A stretch of DNA of 63,992 bases, counting the filler, from an uncultured bacterium (GTDB lineage Bacteria > Latescibacterota > UBA2968): NCBI GenBank assembly GCA_964471275.1. It is 9 parts of 9 records of this genome, joined end to end, with 100 filler letters (N's around TTAATTAATTAA, not from the genome) between each part and the next. Parts side by side here need not be neighbours in the genome. Positions count along the whole stretch, not along the records: positions 7,650 to 15,189 come from CAYYGZ010000229.1; positions 15,290 to 22,795 come from CAYYGZ010000230.1; 7 more parts are not named here. One strand, written 5' to 3'. Each line of letters begins with the position of its first letter. Within the stretch, counting starts at the first letter, position 1. A model generated the notes under the pieces. The model saw only the letters and a list, made by a program, of their open reading frames with translations, did no database searches and was not told the origin of the DNA. A program made the translations under genes and the position numbers. Of the stretch, positions 9,647 to 18,261 are shown piece by piece.

Positions 9647-10167
9647 ATGACAACCGTTCTCGACATCTTCATCCGTCCATTGCGACCTGGTTTCGTGATC
9701 AGGTAGGCAGGCCGACGGATGTTCAGAATCAGGCGTGGCCCCGGATTGCAGACGGGGAACACGTGCTGATCACGGCGGGCAAGCTGGGAGACATCCGGCA
9801 CGTCGCACACGACCACTACTACAACCGAACGAGCACGAAGAGTTGGCGGCGAGAAGAGTCGCGTCTTGAGATCAGTATCTTCAGTATCCACATTCTAGAT
9901 CGAATACGGTCGCTCGCGGGTTCCAGATCCAGAATGGTTTCCGCAACAACACGGGCGTGGGATCCGAACATGAAGGGCGAAAGCTTCACAATATTGAGGA
10001 TCGATTTCGAGAATGACGCGATCGAATCCGGCAACGAACCGCCCCACAGTGGATGCGAAAACCTGGGGACGATGGAGATCGTAGACGCCGCATATCTGTC
10101 AGCAGAGCGCGGAGAGCCCGTTGAGGTCGAGGAACTTCGCATCGGCGCCGGAGTTGACGGAGTGTGA
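9647..10167 (+). pseudogene. Chimeric remnant: Lhr-like DEAD/DEAH helicase N-terminus fused to a Gfo/Idh/MocA C-terminal fragment
   Basis: MTTVLDIF/HPSIATWF...PTDVQNQAWPRIADGEHVLITA (1-nt frameshift near 9670) ends just before Walker A, then continues GKLGDIRH...SIHILD...TMEIVDAAYLSA. Confidence 0.75.
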
Positions 10168-10240
10168 GCCGAAGGGCGTATTGCCTTGAGGCAGAAGGCC
10201 CGGTGCGTGAGGCACGGGGCGTGGAAAGGCGAGGTTGGCG

Positions 10241-10900
10241 ATGGGAGAAAGCGCAGGAATGATCAAGGTCGGGGTGATTACGGGTGGTCACGTGTTTGAC
10301 GTGATCGGGTTTCATAAGCTGTGGCGGAGATTTCCGGATCTGGATTGCTACGTGCAGTCGCTCGAAGAGTGGGCAGCCGACTACAGTCAGCACGGGCAGA
10401 GATATGATGTACTCGTGTTCTACAATATGCACACGACATTGCCCGAAGATTCTCCTGGCGGAAAGCGGACAAGGAACGCGATTGACGGACTCGGTGACGG
10501 GACAGGGATCGTGGTATTCCACCACGGTATCCTGGCATTCAAGAATGACCGTGTTTGGGACGAGATTGTTGGAATGACGGATCGGACAATCGATGGATAC
10601 AGTCACGATGAGGAGTTGGCCGTGTGCGTGGCTGATCCAAACCACGCGATTACCGAAGGGGTCGGCAACTGGTCGGTGGTCGATGAGACATACGATTTCC
10701 GGGATGTCGAAGGCGAAGACAGCCGTGTACTGATGACGGTGGATCATCCAAACAGTATGTCGACGATGGCGTGGTCGCGAGTGTATGGGAAATCCAGAGT
10801 GCTGAATTTCGTGTTTGGGCACGATGATCAGGCCTGGTCAGATGAGACCTTTCGAGAGGTGCTCGGCAGGGGAGTGAAATGGGCGGCGGGCGGCCAATGA
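10241..10900 (+). CDS. ThuA-domain (class I glutamine amidotransferase-like) protein
   Basis: ITGGHVFD, GIVVFHH, HAITEG, DETY, YGKSRV, FGHD. Confidence 0.88.
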   Translation: MGESAGMIKVGVITGGHVFDVIGFHKLWRRFPDLDCYVQSLEEWAADYSQHGQRYDVLVFYNMHTTLPEDSPGGKRTRNAIDGLGDGTGIVVFHHGILAFKNDRVWDEIVGMTDRTIDGYSHDEELAVCVADPNHAITEGVGNWSVVDETYDFRDVEGEDSRVLMTVDHPNSMSTMAWSRVYGKSRVLNFVFGHDDQAWSDETFREVLGRGVKWAAGGQ

Positions 10901-10994
10901 TCAGTGACCCGTGACAGATGCCAAGCGAAGGGCAGTGAAGCGAGAGGCAATAGACGGGGAGTGACGGAGCAAAAACGACAGGAGAAGAGAGAGC

Positions 10995-11828
10995 GTGCAG
11001 ATAGCGTACAGTACCTATGCGTTACAGACGATTGATCCGATCGAGGCGGTAGAGAAGGTCAAGAAGATCGGGTACGATGGATTGGAGATCAACTGTGGGT
11101 CGGGCTGGAAGACGGCGCCCGATCTGTTCGGAGATGACGCACGGAAGCAGATGGTTGAGGCCTATCAGGCGGCCGGGTTTCCTCCGCCCGTGATGATGAA
11201 CCTGATCCACCTGTGTGGGCACGATGAGGATGTGAACGACAAAAGGCGTCAGCTAAGGGCAACGTGCGAATTGGCGCAAGACCTGTGCTGGGGAGATCAA
11301 CTCTCGGTGGTGACTACAACCCTTGGGAAGCAGACGGGCACCTGGGACGAGTCAAGGGAATTGGTTGCTGAGCGGCTTCGGCCCTACGCGGATCTCGCGG
11401 CCGATCACGATGTGATACTGGCGGCAGAAGCACACGTCGGACAGGAAATGGACACACCGGAGAAGGCGAGATGGCTGGTGGATACCGTGGATCATCCGAA
11501 CCTGCGACTCAACTTTGACTACAGTCACTTCCTGATGCTCGATATCGACCTGCAGCATTCTCTGGATCTCAACGCAGACTGCTCCGTCCATACGCACATC
11601 AAGGACGGCAGTATGATCGACGGAAATGTTCAGTTTGCGCTCCCCGGGGATGATCGACTGGATCTCGTGGATTACCTTCAGCGGGTCAAGGCATCGGGGC
11701 TCGATGTACCCATCACGGTGGAGGTGAGCGCTCAGATATGGCGAGGCGAGAACTACGATCCGTGGGAGACTGCGGCGCATTGTTACGAAAAACTGGATGA
11801 GGCGAGAGAAACGGTGAGTGGTGAGTAG
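10995..11828 (+). CDS. Sugar phosphate isomerase/epimerase (AP endonuclease 2 TIM barrel)
   Basis: GYDGLEI, AEAH, NFDYSH, HTHIKD, VE metal ligands. Confidence 0.9.
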   Translation: MQIAYSTYALQTIDPIEAVEKVKKIGYDGLEINCGSGWKTAPDLFGDDARKQMVEAYQAAGFPPPVMMNLIHLCGHDEDVNDKRRQLRATCELAQDLCWGDQLSVVTTTLGKQTGTWDESRELVAERLRPYADLAADHDVILAAEAHVGQEMDTPEKARWLVDTVDHPNLRLNFDYSHFLMLDIDLQHSLDLNADCSVHTHIKDGSMIDGNVQFALPGDDRLDLVDYLQRVKASGLDVPITVEVSAQIWRGENYDPWETAAHCYEKLDEARETVSGE

Positions 11829-11851
11829 TCAGGTAGGGGAGCAGGTCGAAA

Positions 11852-12148
11852 ATGGCCGTGACGCACGTTCTGATGTATCGATTCAAGGAGGGTGTCCCGG
11901 ATGCGCGGATTGACGAGCATCTGGCGTTTATCGATGGCTTGCGGGGGAAGTTTGATGGGCTGGTCGATTTGAAGTACGGCCGGGATGTGGGAACCGGGAA
12001 TGGGAAGTTCACGCACGGCTTTGTGATGACCTTCGAATCTGCTGGGGCCCTGGCGTCGTACAATAGAGCAGATCTTCACCGTGAACTTGTATTACGCTTC
12101 CGTGATGACGTCGAGGACAAAGTGGTGTTCGACTCAGAGATGAGCTGA
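11852..12148 (+). CDS. Dabb family (stress-responsive A/B barrel) protein
   Basis: HVLMYRFK, FTHGFVMTF, Y....H, VFD. Confidence 0.88.
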   Translation: MAVTHVLMYRFKEGVPDARIDEHLAFIDGLRGKFDGLVDLKYGRDVGTGNGKFTHGFVMTFESAGALASYNRADLHRELVLRFRDDVEDKVVFDSEMS

Positions 12149-12150
12149 TC

Positions 12151-12614
12151 TTGGATTCGTCCCAGTCGATGACCCAGAAGACGTATCGTCAGGTTGCGCT
12201 GGACTATCACGATCTTCGACAGCGATGCTCGAGATCACTCGGACGGCTGCAGGTTGTCCTCCTATGCGTGATGACACGCGATATCTTCCTTTCACGGGAA
12301 GCTTCGAAGCCATCTGGTCCTGCGCTTCGCTCCTGTACTTGAAGCGTGCGGACGTTCCAACGACTTTGCTCTCGTTCCACAGTGCTTTGGTGGACAACGG
12401 TCTCCTGTTCGTCGCGGTGAAGCGAGGTGATGGAGAAGAGATGCACAATTGACCGATCGGGCAGCCCCGATTCTTCACCCACTGGCAGGATCGTCCTTTC
12501 GATCAATTGCTGACCGAGGCTGGTTTTGGCCTCGAGACGGTCGACCCCTTTTCAGATCCGAACCACCCCTGGATTCATCAGATTGCCAGGAAAATTTCGA
12601 TCACTGAGGAATGA
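12151..12614 (+). pseudogene. Degraded class I SAM-dependent methyltransferase
   Basis: FEAIWSCASLLYL...GLLFVAVKRGDG, in-frame TGA at 12450-12452, continues RFFTHW...AGF...WIHQIAR; motif I region deleted and frame broken near 12225. Confidence 0.72.
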
Positions 12615-12617
12615 CAG

Positions 12618-13763
12618 ATGAAGATCGTCAAGATGGAGCAGTTCTTTCCACGCAAACGGATGCGGTTAGTGAAGGTCACGACTGACAGCGGGATCGTCGG
12701 TTGGGGAGAGACAACACTTGAGGGGAAGCCCAGAAGTACTCACGGTGCCGTTGAAGAGTTGTCGGGCTATTTCATCGGGAAGGATCCGCTGAGGATCGAG
12801 CATCACTGGCAGCACGTCTATCGCTCGGCCTTCTTTCGGGGGGGAAACACCCTGATGTCGGCGCTTTCGGGGATCGATCAGGCCCTCTGGGATATCGCCG
12901 GAAAGCACTTCGACGTACCGGCCTTCCAACTCATAGGTGGACCGGTCCGCGATCGGATCCGTGTCTACGCGCACTGGGGCATCCGGGATATGTCCGATGA
13001 AGGACTGGCCTCATCCAGGGCGAGGCTGGAGATGCTGCAGAAGAAGGGCGGATACAAGGCGTTCAAAGCCGGGTCCGGCGGGAAATGGCGCGCACACGAG
13101 CCGCCATCGGTCATCGACGCATTCGTCGAGAAGGCGTTCCTGATGCGAGAGTGGGTGGGAGATGATTGCGAGATTGCTTTCGACTTTCACGGGAAGATGA
13201 CACCCGGTCTCGCCGTGGAGGTCTGCCAGGAGCTGAAGGGCATGCGACCGATGTTTGTCGAAGAGCCTGTGCCACAGGAGAACGTCGACGCGCTGAAGGT
13301 GGTCTCAGACAAGGTGACCTATCCGATTGCCACCGGTGAGCGGCTTCTCTCACGCTGGGAATTCCGGGAGATTTTTGAAAAGCAGGCGGTTTCGCTGATT
13401 CAGCCCGATGGATCCCACGCGGGCGGCATTTCCGAGTTGAAGCGGATCGCGAATATGGCAGAAGTCTACTACATGCACGTGATGCCGCACTGTGCGATCG
13501 GCCCTGTCGCCTTCTCGGCGTGTATGCAGGTGGATGCCGTGGTTCCGAATTTTCTCATCCAGGAACAGGTAGACGTTGGACTGGGCGAAGGTCTTCTCAA
13601 GGACCCGTGGGTGGTGAAGGATGGGCACATCGATCTGCCGACAAAGCCGGGGCTGGGGTTCGAGATCGATGAGAAGGAAGCGGAGCAGGACTGCGGGATA
13701 TACGAGGAAGAGCTGGGTGGGGAGTTCTACTACGAGAACGACGGGAGCGTCGCGGATTGGTAG
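12618..13763 (+). CDS. dgoD: Galactonate dehydratase (mandelate racemase/enolase superfamily)
   Basis: VGWGE, YRSAFFRGG, ALWDIAGK, DFHGK, EEP, TGER, PH, DGSVADW C-terminus. Confidence 0.82.
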   Translation: MKIVKMEQFFPRKRMRLVKVTTDSGIVGWGETTLEGKPRSTHGAVEELSGYFIGKDPLRIEHHWQHVYRSAFFRGGNTLMSALSGIDQALWDIAGKHFDVPAFQLIGGPVRDRIRVYAHWGIRDMSDEGLASSRARLEMLQKKGGYKAFKAGSGGKWRAHEPPSVIDAFVEKAFLMREWVGDDCEIAFDFHGKMTPGLAVEVCQELKGMRPMFVEEPVPQENVDALKVVSDKVTYPIATGERLLSRWEFREIFEKQAVSLIQPDGSHAGGISELKRIANMAEVYYMHVMPHCAIGPVAFSACMQVDAVVPNFLIQEQVDVGLGEGLLKDPWVVKDGHIDLPTKPGLGFEIDEKEAEQDCGIYEEELGGEFYYENDGSVADW

Positions 13764-13895
13764 TCGCCGCTCCGGAACCCTAAGGGCCCCCGAGCAGGGG
13801 CAGGGCGCGGGGGTGCAGGGGGGAAGAGTCAAAGTGTGGGAGTATAGGCGAATGGTCAGCAACAGTAGCTATGTGAGGTGTGTTTGAGCGAGGAA

Positions 13896-15128
13896 ATGAA
13901 ACAAGAGTTCGAGAAATATGCAGACCTGGCGTTGCGGGTCGGGCTGAATCTGCAGTCGGGGCAGCGGCTTGTACTGCGCAGCTCGGTCGATGCGCTCGAA
14001 TTGACGCGGGCGTTGACGGCGAAGGCGTATGACATCGGCGCGCCCTATGTAGATGTTCTGTATTCGGACGAAGAGCTCGAGCTGATCCGGTTCGAGCACG
14101 CACCGAAGGACTCGTTCGAGGAGTTTCCGGTGTGGCGCGTGAAGGGGATGACGGATCGTGCGAAGGAAGGCTCTGCGTTTCTGAGCGTATCAGGGAACAA
14201 CCCGGACTTGCTGAAGCATCAAGATCCGGAGCTGGTCGCGCTGACACGCAAGGTTGCGATGGAGCACTCGAAGCCGATGATGAGCGAGTACTTCTCGAAT
14301 ATGAAGGTCAGCTGGTGTGTGATTTCTGCAGCGGTGGCGCCCTGGGCAGCGCGGGTCTTTCCCGGGGTGCCTGCAGACGAGCAGGTCGACAGACTCTGGG
14401 ATGCGATCTTTTCGCTGTGCCGTCTGGACGAGCCCGACCCAACGGCCGCGTGGCAGGACCATATCGAAGCGCTCGAACGGCGCCGTGGATACCTGAACGA
14501 AAAGGCTTATACAGCGCTGAAATATGCAGCCCCAGGTACAAATCTCTCCCTGGGTCTGCCAGAGGGACATATCTGGAAGGGCGGTGTCGACAAGAATGCA
14601 GACGGCACTCTTATTGTCCCGAATCTGCCGACGGAGGAAGTGTTCACAATGCCTGACTTCCGAAGGGCGGATGGGATGGTATCGTCGTCCAAACCGCTCA
14701 ACTATGGGGGCACGCTGATTGAGAACTTCAGCCTGACCTTCCAGGACGGTCGGGTCGTCGGTGTCGAAGCTAAGAGTGGACGTGATGTTCTCAAGAAGCT
14801 GATTGAAACAGACGAGGGAGCCGCCAGGCTGGGTGAGGTCGCACTTGTCCCGCATAGCTCACCGATTTCGCGATCCGGTCTCCTTTTCTATAACACGCTC
14901 TTTGATGAGAACGCGTCGAGTCACGTTGCTCTGGGCCAGGCCTACAACGGCTGTGTTAAAGAGGGTGAGGGTATGTCGCCTGAGGACTTTGCGAAGGCGG
15001 GCGGAAACAATAGCATCACTCACGTGGATTTTATGATCGGGTCAGCGGAAACGGACATCGACGGTGTCCTTCTAAATGGGTCAACAGAACCCGTAATGCG
15101 AGCAGGGGAATGGGCGTTTGAGGTCTAG
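13896..15128 (+). CDS. Aminopeptidase, M29 family (AmpS/PepS)
   Basis: PNLPTEEVFT, LGEVALVP, FYNTLFDENASSHVALG, NNSITHVDFMIG. Confidence 0.95.
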   Translation: MKQEFEKYADLALRVGLNLQSGQRLVLRSSVDALELTRALTAKAYDIGAPYVDVLYSDEELELIRFEHAPKDSFEEFPVWRVKGMTDRAKEGSAFLSVSGNNPDLLKHQDPELVALTRKVAMEHSKPMMSEYFSNMKVSWCVISAAVAPWAARVFPGVPADEQVDRLWDAIFSLCRLDEPDPTAAWQDHIEALERRRGYLNEKAYTALKYAAPGTNLSLGLPEGHIWKGGVDKNADGTLIVPNLPTEEVFTMPDFRRADGMVSSSKPLNYGGTLIENFSLTFQDGRVVGVEAKSGRDVLKKLIETDEGAARLGEVALVPHSSPISRSGLLFYNTLFDENASSHVALGQAYNGCVKEGEGMSPEDFAKAGGNNSITHVDFMIGSAETDIDGVLLNGSTEPVMRAGEWAFEV

Positions 15129-15189
15129 CGGAACACGGCAATCGCCATAAACACCGTGAGAAGTGGGGGCCAGATGAAGGTCATTGCAG

Positions 15190-15289
15190 NNNNNNNNNNN
15201 NNNNNNNNNNNNNNNNNNNNNNNNNNNNNNNNNTTAATTAATTAANNNNNNNNNNNNNNNNNNNNNNNNNNNNNNNNNNNNNNNNNNNN
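15190..15289. other. Artificial contig linker
   Basis: N44-TTAATTAATTAA-N44. Confidence 0.99.
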
Positions 15290-15498
15290 GTCGCCCCGAT
15301 GTCCTCGTGGCCGCCGCAGGTCAGGTTGCCTCGAGGACCTGCATCGACCCAGCTATCGGGATTCTCTCGATCGGCCTCGATCGTATCCCAAAGCACATCG
15401 ACCGCGCGTGACCGGATATCGATCGGGATCATGTTCTCTTTCACCACATAACCGAAGGTTTTGAAATGGCGCTTCTCTTCCAGCGTGAAGTAGGCCAT
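15290..15498 (-). CDS. Phytanoyl-CoA dioxygenase family protein, N-terminal part
   Basis: FTLEEKRHFKTFGYVVKENMI resembles PhyH N-termini; runs off the contig. Confidence 0.65.
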
Positions 15499-15633
15499 AC
15501 GTGTTCCCAATCGTCATTGCGTTGTCGTTCTATGAAACGCTCGACCGGCACCCAATTCGCCGTATCTTAGGGCAAACAACCATAAGATTGGGACAGGTTA
15601 TTGCCTGAGCAACCCTTTCAGCACGAGGTAGAC

Positions 15634-16005
15634 GTGAGTGTGGGAAGAAACGTTCTGGGGGGCGAATTGACAGGGCGTTCGACCCACCCTATGACCGGAT
15701 ATCGCAGAGATGGTTGCTGTGCGCACGTGCCGGGAGATATGGGTCTGCATATCTTGTGCGCTGAACTCACTGTGGAGTTTCTGGCTTTCAGTAAGTCTGT
15801 CGGCAACGATTTGAGTACGCCACGCCCAGAACTCGGGTTCGACGGGTTGAAACCGGGGGACAGATGGTGTCTCTGCGTGGAACGTTGGGTGGAGGCCCTG
15901 GGTGCCGGTGTCGCACCCCCGGTCGTGCTTGCAGCTACCCACGTTTCTGTACTCGAGTTTGCCAATCTCGAGGATCTGAATGCTCACGCGGCCGACTCGT
16001 CCTGA
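15634..16005 (+). CDS. DUF2237 family protein
   Basis: NVLGGEL, PMTGYRRDGCC, GNDLSTPRPE, GLKPGDRWCLC, APPVVLAATH. Confidence 0.92.
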   Translation: MSVGRNVLGGELTGRSTHPMTGYRRDGCCAHVPGDMGLHILCAELTVEFLAFSKSVGNDLSTPRPELGFDGLKPGDRWCLCVERWVEALGAGVAPPVVLAATHVSVLEFANLEDLNAHAADSS

Positions 16006-16213
16006 TCATCAACAGAAAGTTCTGGTACACCCGGTTGAAGGAGGCCTGACGAGACGTTGCCGGCCCAAGCGTCTCGACTTCGCCTGAAATGGATTCCGTA
16101 AAGGCTCATCCGAGTGTGGGAACTGACACGCCGACTCACGCTCAATGTGACGATGCGTTCCACCGACACCATACGGTGATGACGCATCAGACCTGAGGCC
16201 GGCAGGCATCCGA

Positions 16214-17056
16214 ATGAAAACGGGAAGACAACGCTTGAACATCAAGGTGATACAGCCAGAATATCCGAACGAAGGTACGTCAGACAGCGCCATCCGGTGC
16301 CTCGCCTGGATGCTGGACGCGCTAGAGAAGGCAGGGAGAGATTCCGATCTCATTCTGTTGCCGGAGTACGCGAATGTACCGGGAATCGGGGACCGGGATC
16401 GGATGCTCGAATTCGCCTTGTCCGGCGGGGTGGAAATGCTGGAGCAGGTCGCGCGGTGTGCGGCACATTTGGAGTCGTGGGTCGCGGTAGGCGCGGCCGT
16501 GCTGGACGGAAGTCAGTGGGTGAATCGCACGATCCTTTTCGACCGGGGCGGCGGCCAGTGGTATGGTTACGACAAGGTTCATCTGACGGAGGTCGAAGAT
16601 GAGGGTCTCGGCTTCACGGCAGGGCCGGTACCGGGTCTGACAAGTCTGGAGGGAACGAGAGTCGGTTTCGCAACCTGCTTCGATGTCTATTTTCCGGAGT
16701 ACTTCTCGGCGTTGACACACCGCGGGGTCGATCTCGTTCTCAGCCCATCGTATCAGCGTTCGGAGTCACCGGAGCGTCTACGTGCGATATCGCAGACACG
16801 AGCGATCGACTGCGGCAGCTGGTTTGCGAGAAGCAGCTACGCGATCCCTGGTCGGGACACGGGAGGCCACAGTCTGATCGTTTCGCCAGAAGGCAAGATC
16901 GTCGCCGATGCGGGTGGAGAGTCGGGTGTTATCTGCGCGACAATCGATCCGAGGCAGAAGTTCGTGAAGCCTCGTTCACACGGGCAGCCCGATATCGAGC
17001 ACGGTGCGCTGATCGCTCGGCACAGGCGGCCCGGCACCTATGGGGTGGGAGAATGA
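16214..17056 (+). CDS. Carbon-nitrogen hydrolase (nitrilase superfamily)
   Basis: Glu-Lys-Cys triad: LLPEY, YDKVHL, TCFDVYFPE. Confidence 0.92.
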   Translation: MKTGRQRLNIKVIQPEYPNEGTSDSAIRCLAWMLDALEKAGRDSDLILLPEYANVPGIGDRDRMLEFALSGGVEMLEQVARCAAHLESWVAVGAAVLDGSQWVNRTILFDRGGGQWYGYDKVHLTEVEDEGLGFTAGPVPGLTSLEGTRVGFATCFDVYFPEYFSALTHRGVDLVLSPSYQRSESPERLRAISQTRAIDCGSWFARSSYAIPGRDTGGHSLIVSPEGKIVADAGGESGVICATIDPRQKFVKPRSHGQPDIEHGALIARHRRPGTYGVGE

Positions 17057-17814
17057 TGAAGGAAACTAAGCTCTGCGCTCATCGTGGTTTGAGTCATGCC
17101 TGTCCGGAGAACACGCTTCCCGCTTTCGCCGCTGCGATTGCCCTGGGCGTCGAGGAGATCGAGTTCGATCTCTGGTTGAGCCGGGACGGTGTGCCGGTTG
17201 TCTGTCACGACACCAGGCTCGATCGCACGACGGACGGCGAAGGGGTGGTGATGGAGCTGGCCTGGGAGGAGATCCGCGCGGTGGATGCGGGTGTGCAGAC
17301 GGGTGAACTGTGGACGGGTATCCGTGTGCCTCGAGTGGAGGAGGTTCTGGACTGTGCGCCAGGCGTCGGGCTGAACATCCATATTAAGGATCCGGGACCG
17401 GACGGTCGGCTGGTGAAGATGACGTGTGACCTGATCCGTGAAAGAGAGCTGACGGATCTCGCCTACATCACGGGCATCGGGGATGTGCTTTCCGTCGCGA
17501 CGGCCTATGCACCAGAGGTTGAGCGGTGCTGTCTTGCGGGGCAGAATGAACCGGACAAACAGATCGATCTGGCGATCAAGTATGAGTGTCAGCGTCTCCA
17601 GTTCAAGCGGCAGGTGACGGCGGCGGACACGGCGCGCGCGCACAGTGTGGGGTTGATCAACAATCTGTTCTGGTCAGATGAGCTTGAAGATGCGCAAGCG
17701 TATATTGAACTGGGGATTGACGTGATCCTGACGAATCGAGCCAATCTATTGGTGCCACTTAACGGCTACCGTGCCTGCGAATCAGAAGGTCCAGCCTCAC
17801 GTCGGCACAGATGA
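17053..17814 (+). CDS. Glycerophosphodiester phosphodiesterase family protein
   Basis: AHRG, PENTLPAF, EFDL, HDTRLDRTT. Confidence 0.92.
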   Translation: MMKETKLCAHRGLSHACPENTLPAFAAAIALGVEEIEFDLWLSRDGVPVVCHDTRLDRTTDGEGVVMELAWEEIRAVDAGVQTGELWTGIRVPRVEEVLDCAPGVGLNIHIKDPGPDGRLVKMTCDLIRERELTDLAYITGIGDVLSVATAYAPEVERCCLAGQNEPDKQIDLAIKYECQRLQFKRQVTAADTARAHSVGLINNLFWSDELEDAQAYIELGIDVILTNRANLLVPLNGYRACESEGPASRRHR

Positions 17815-17958
17815 ACCTCGTATCTGCATCACGGCTGGAACCAGGGCTTCGCAGCCAGCCGGTCCCCCTGTCCGGAATAGGCACCGACCGAGTCTGCTCC
17901 GGGAGCATCCTCGCCCGGCCGGGCCATCCATCTCGATCATCGATGCATTTTCGGCGTC

Positions 17959-18261
17959 TCAGTCGGATTCGTTACCGTGGAAACAGTCGGCTACGCCTGT
18001 GAATAGATCGATTGCGTGACGGGCCAGGCTCTCTGCCGCAGACTCTGACAATGCAGTCACGCCCACAGCTCCCGATTCGGTGTCCTCGAATGCCCCCTGC
18101 AGTGTGGTCAGATGATGCTGATGATCCCGGGGGACATCTTTGACATTCACGTGGATGAGAAACAGCACGTAGGCCTTCGCGATGCGTCTGGCGAGCGGCG
18201 CTTCCTGTACGGCCATGAACGTGATGGCTTCGCGGCAAAGCTGGTAGATTCGTGGACTCAT
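17959..18261 (-). CDS. Hypothetical helical protein (100 aa)
   Basis: ATG overlaps stop of upstream glycosyltransferase (ATGA); amphipathic helical sequence MSPRIYQLCREAI... Confidence 0.55.
   Translation of the reverse strand: MSPRIYQLCREAITFMAVQEAPLARRIAKAYVLFLIHVNVKDVPRDHQHHLTTLQGAFEDTESGAVGVTALSESAAESLARHAIDLFTGVADCFHGNESD

Noticed and set aside
12450..12452. In-frame TGA as selenocysteine or recoding (also 43948-43950)
   Set aside because: The positions are not catalytic Cys sites, both genes carry further deletions, and TGA is used as a normal stop throughout the window.
16046..16090. Hammerhead ribozyme (CTGACGA followed by a stem)
   Set aside because: The stem is not followed directly by GAAA, and no matching stems I/III with a cleavage triplet were found.
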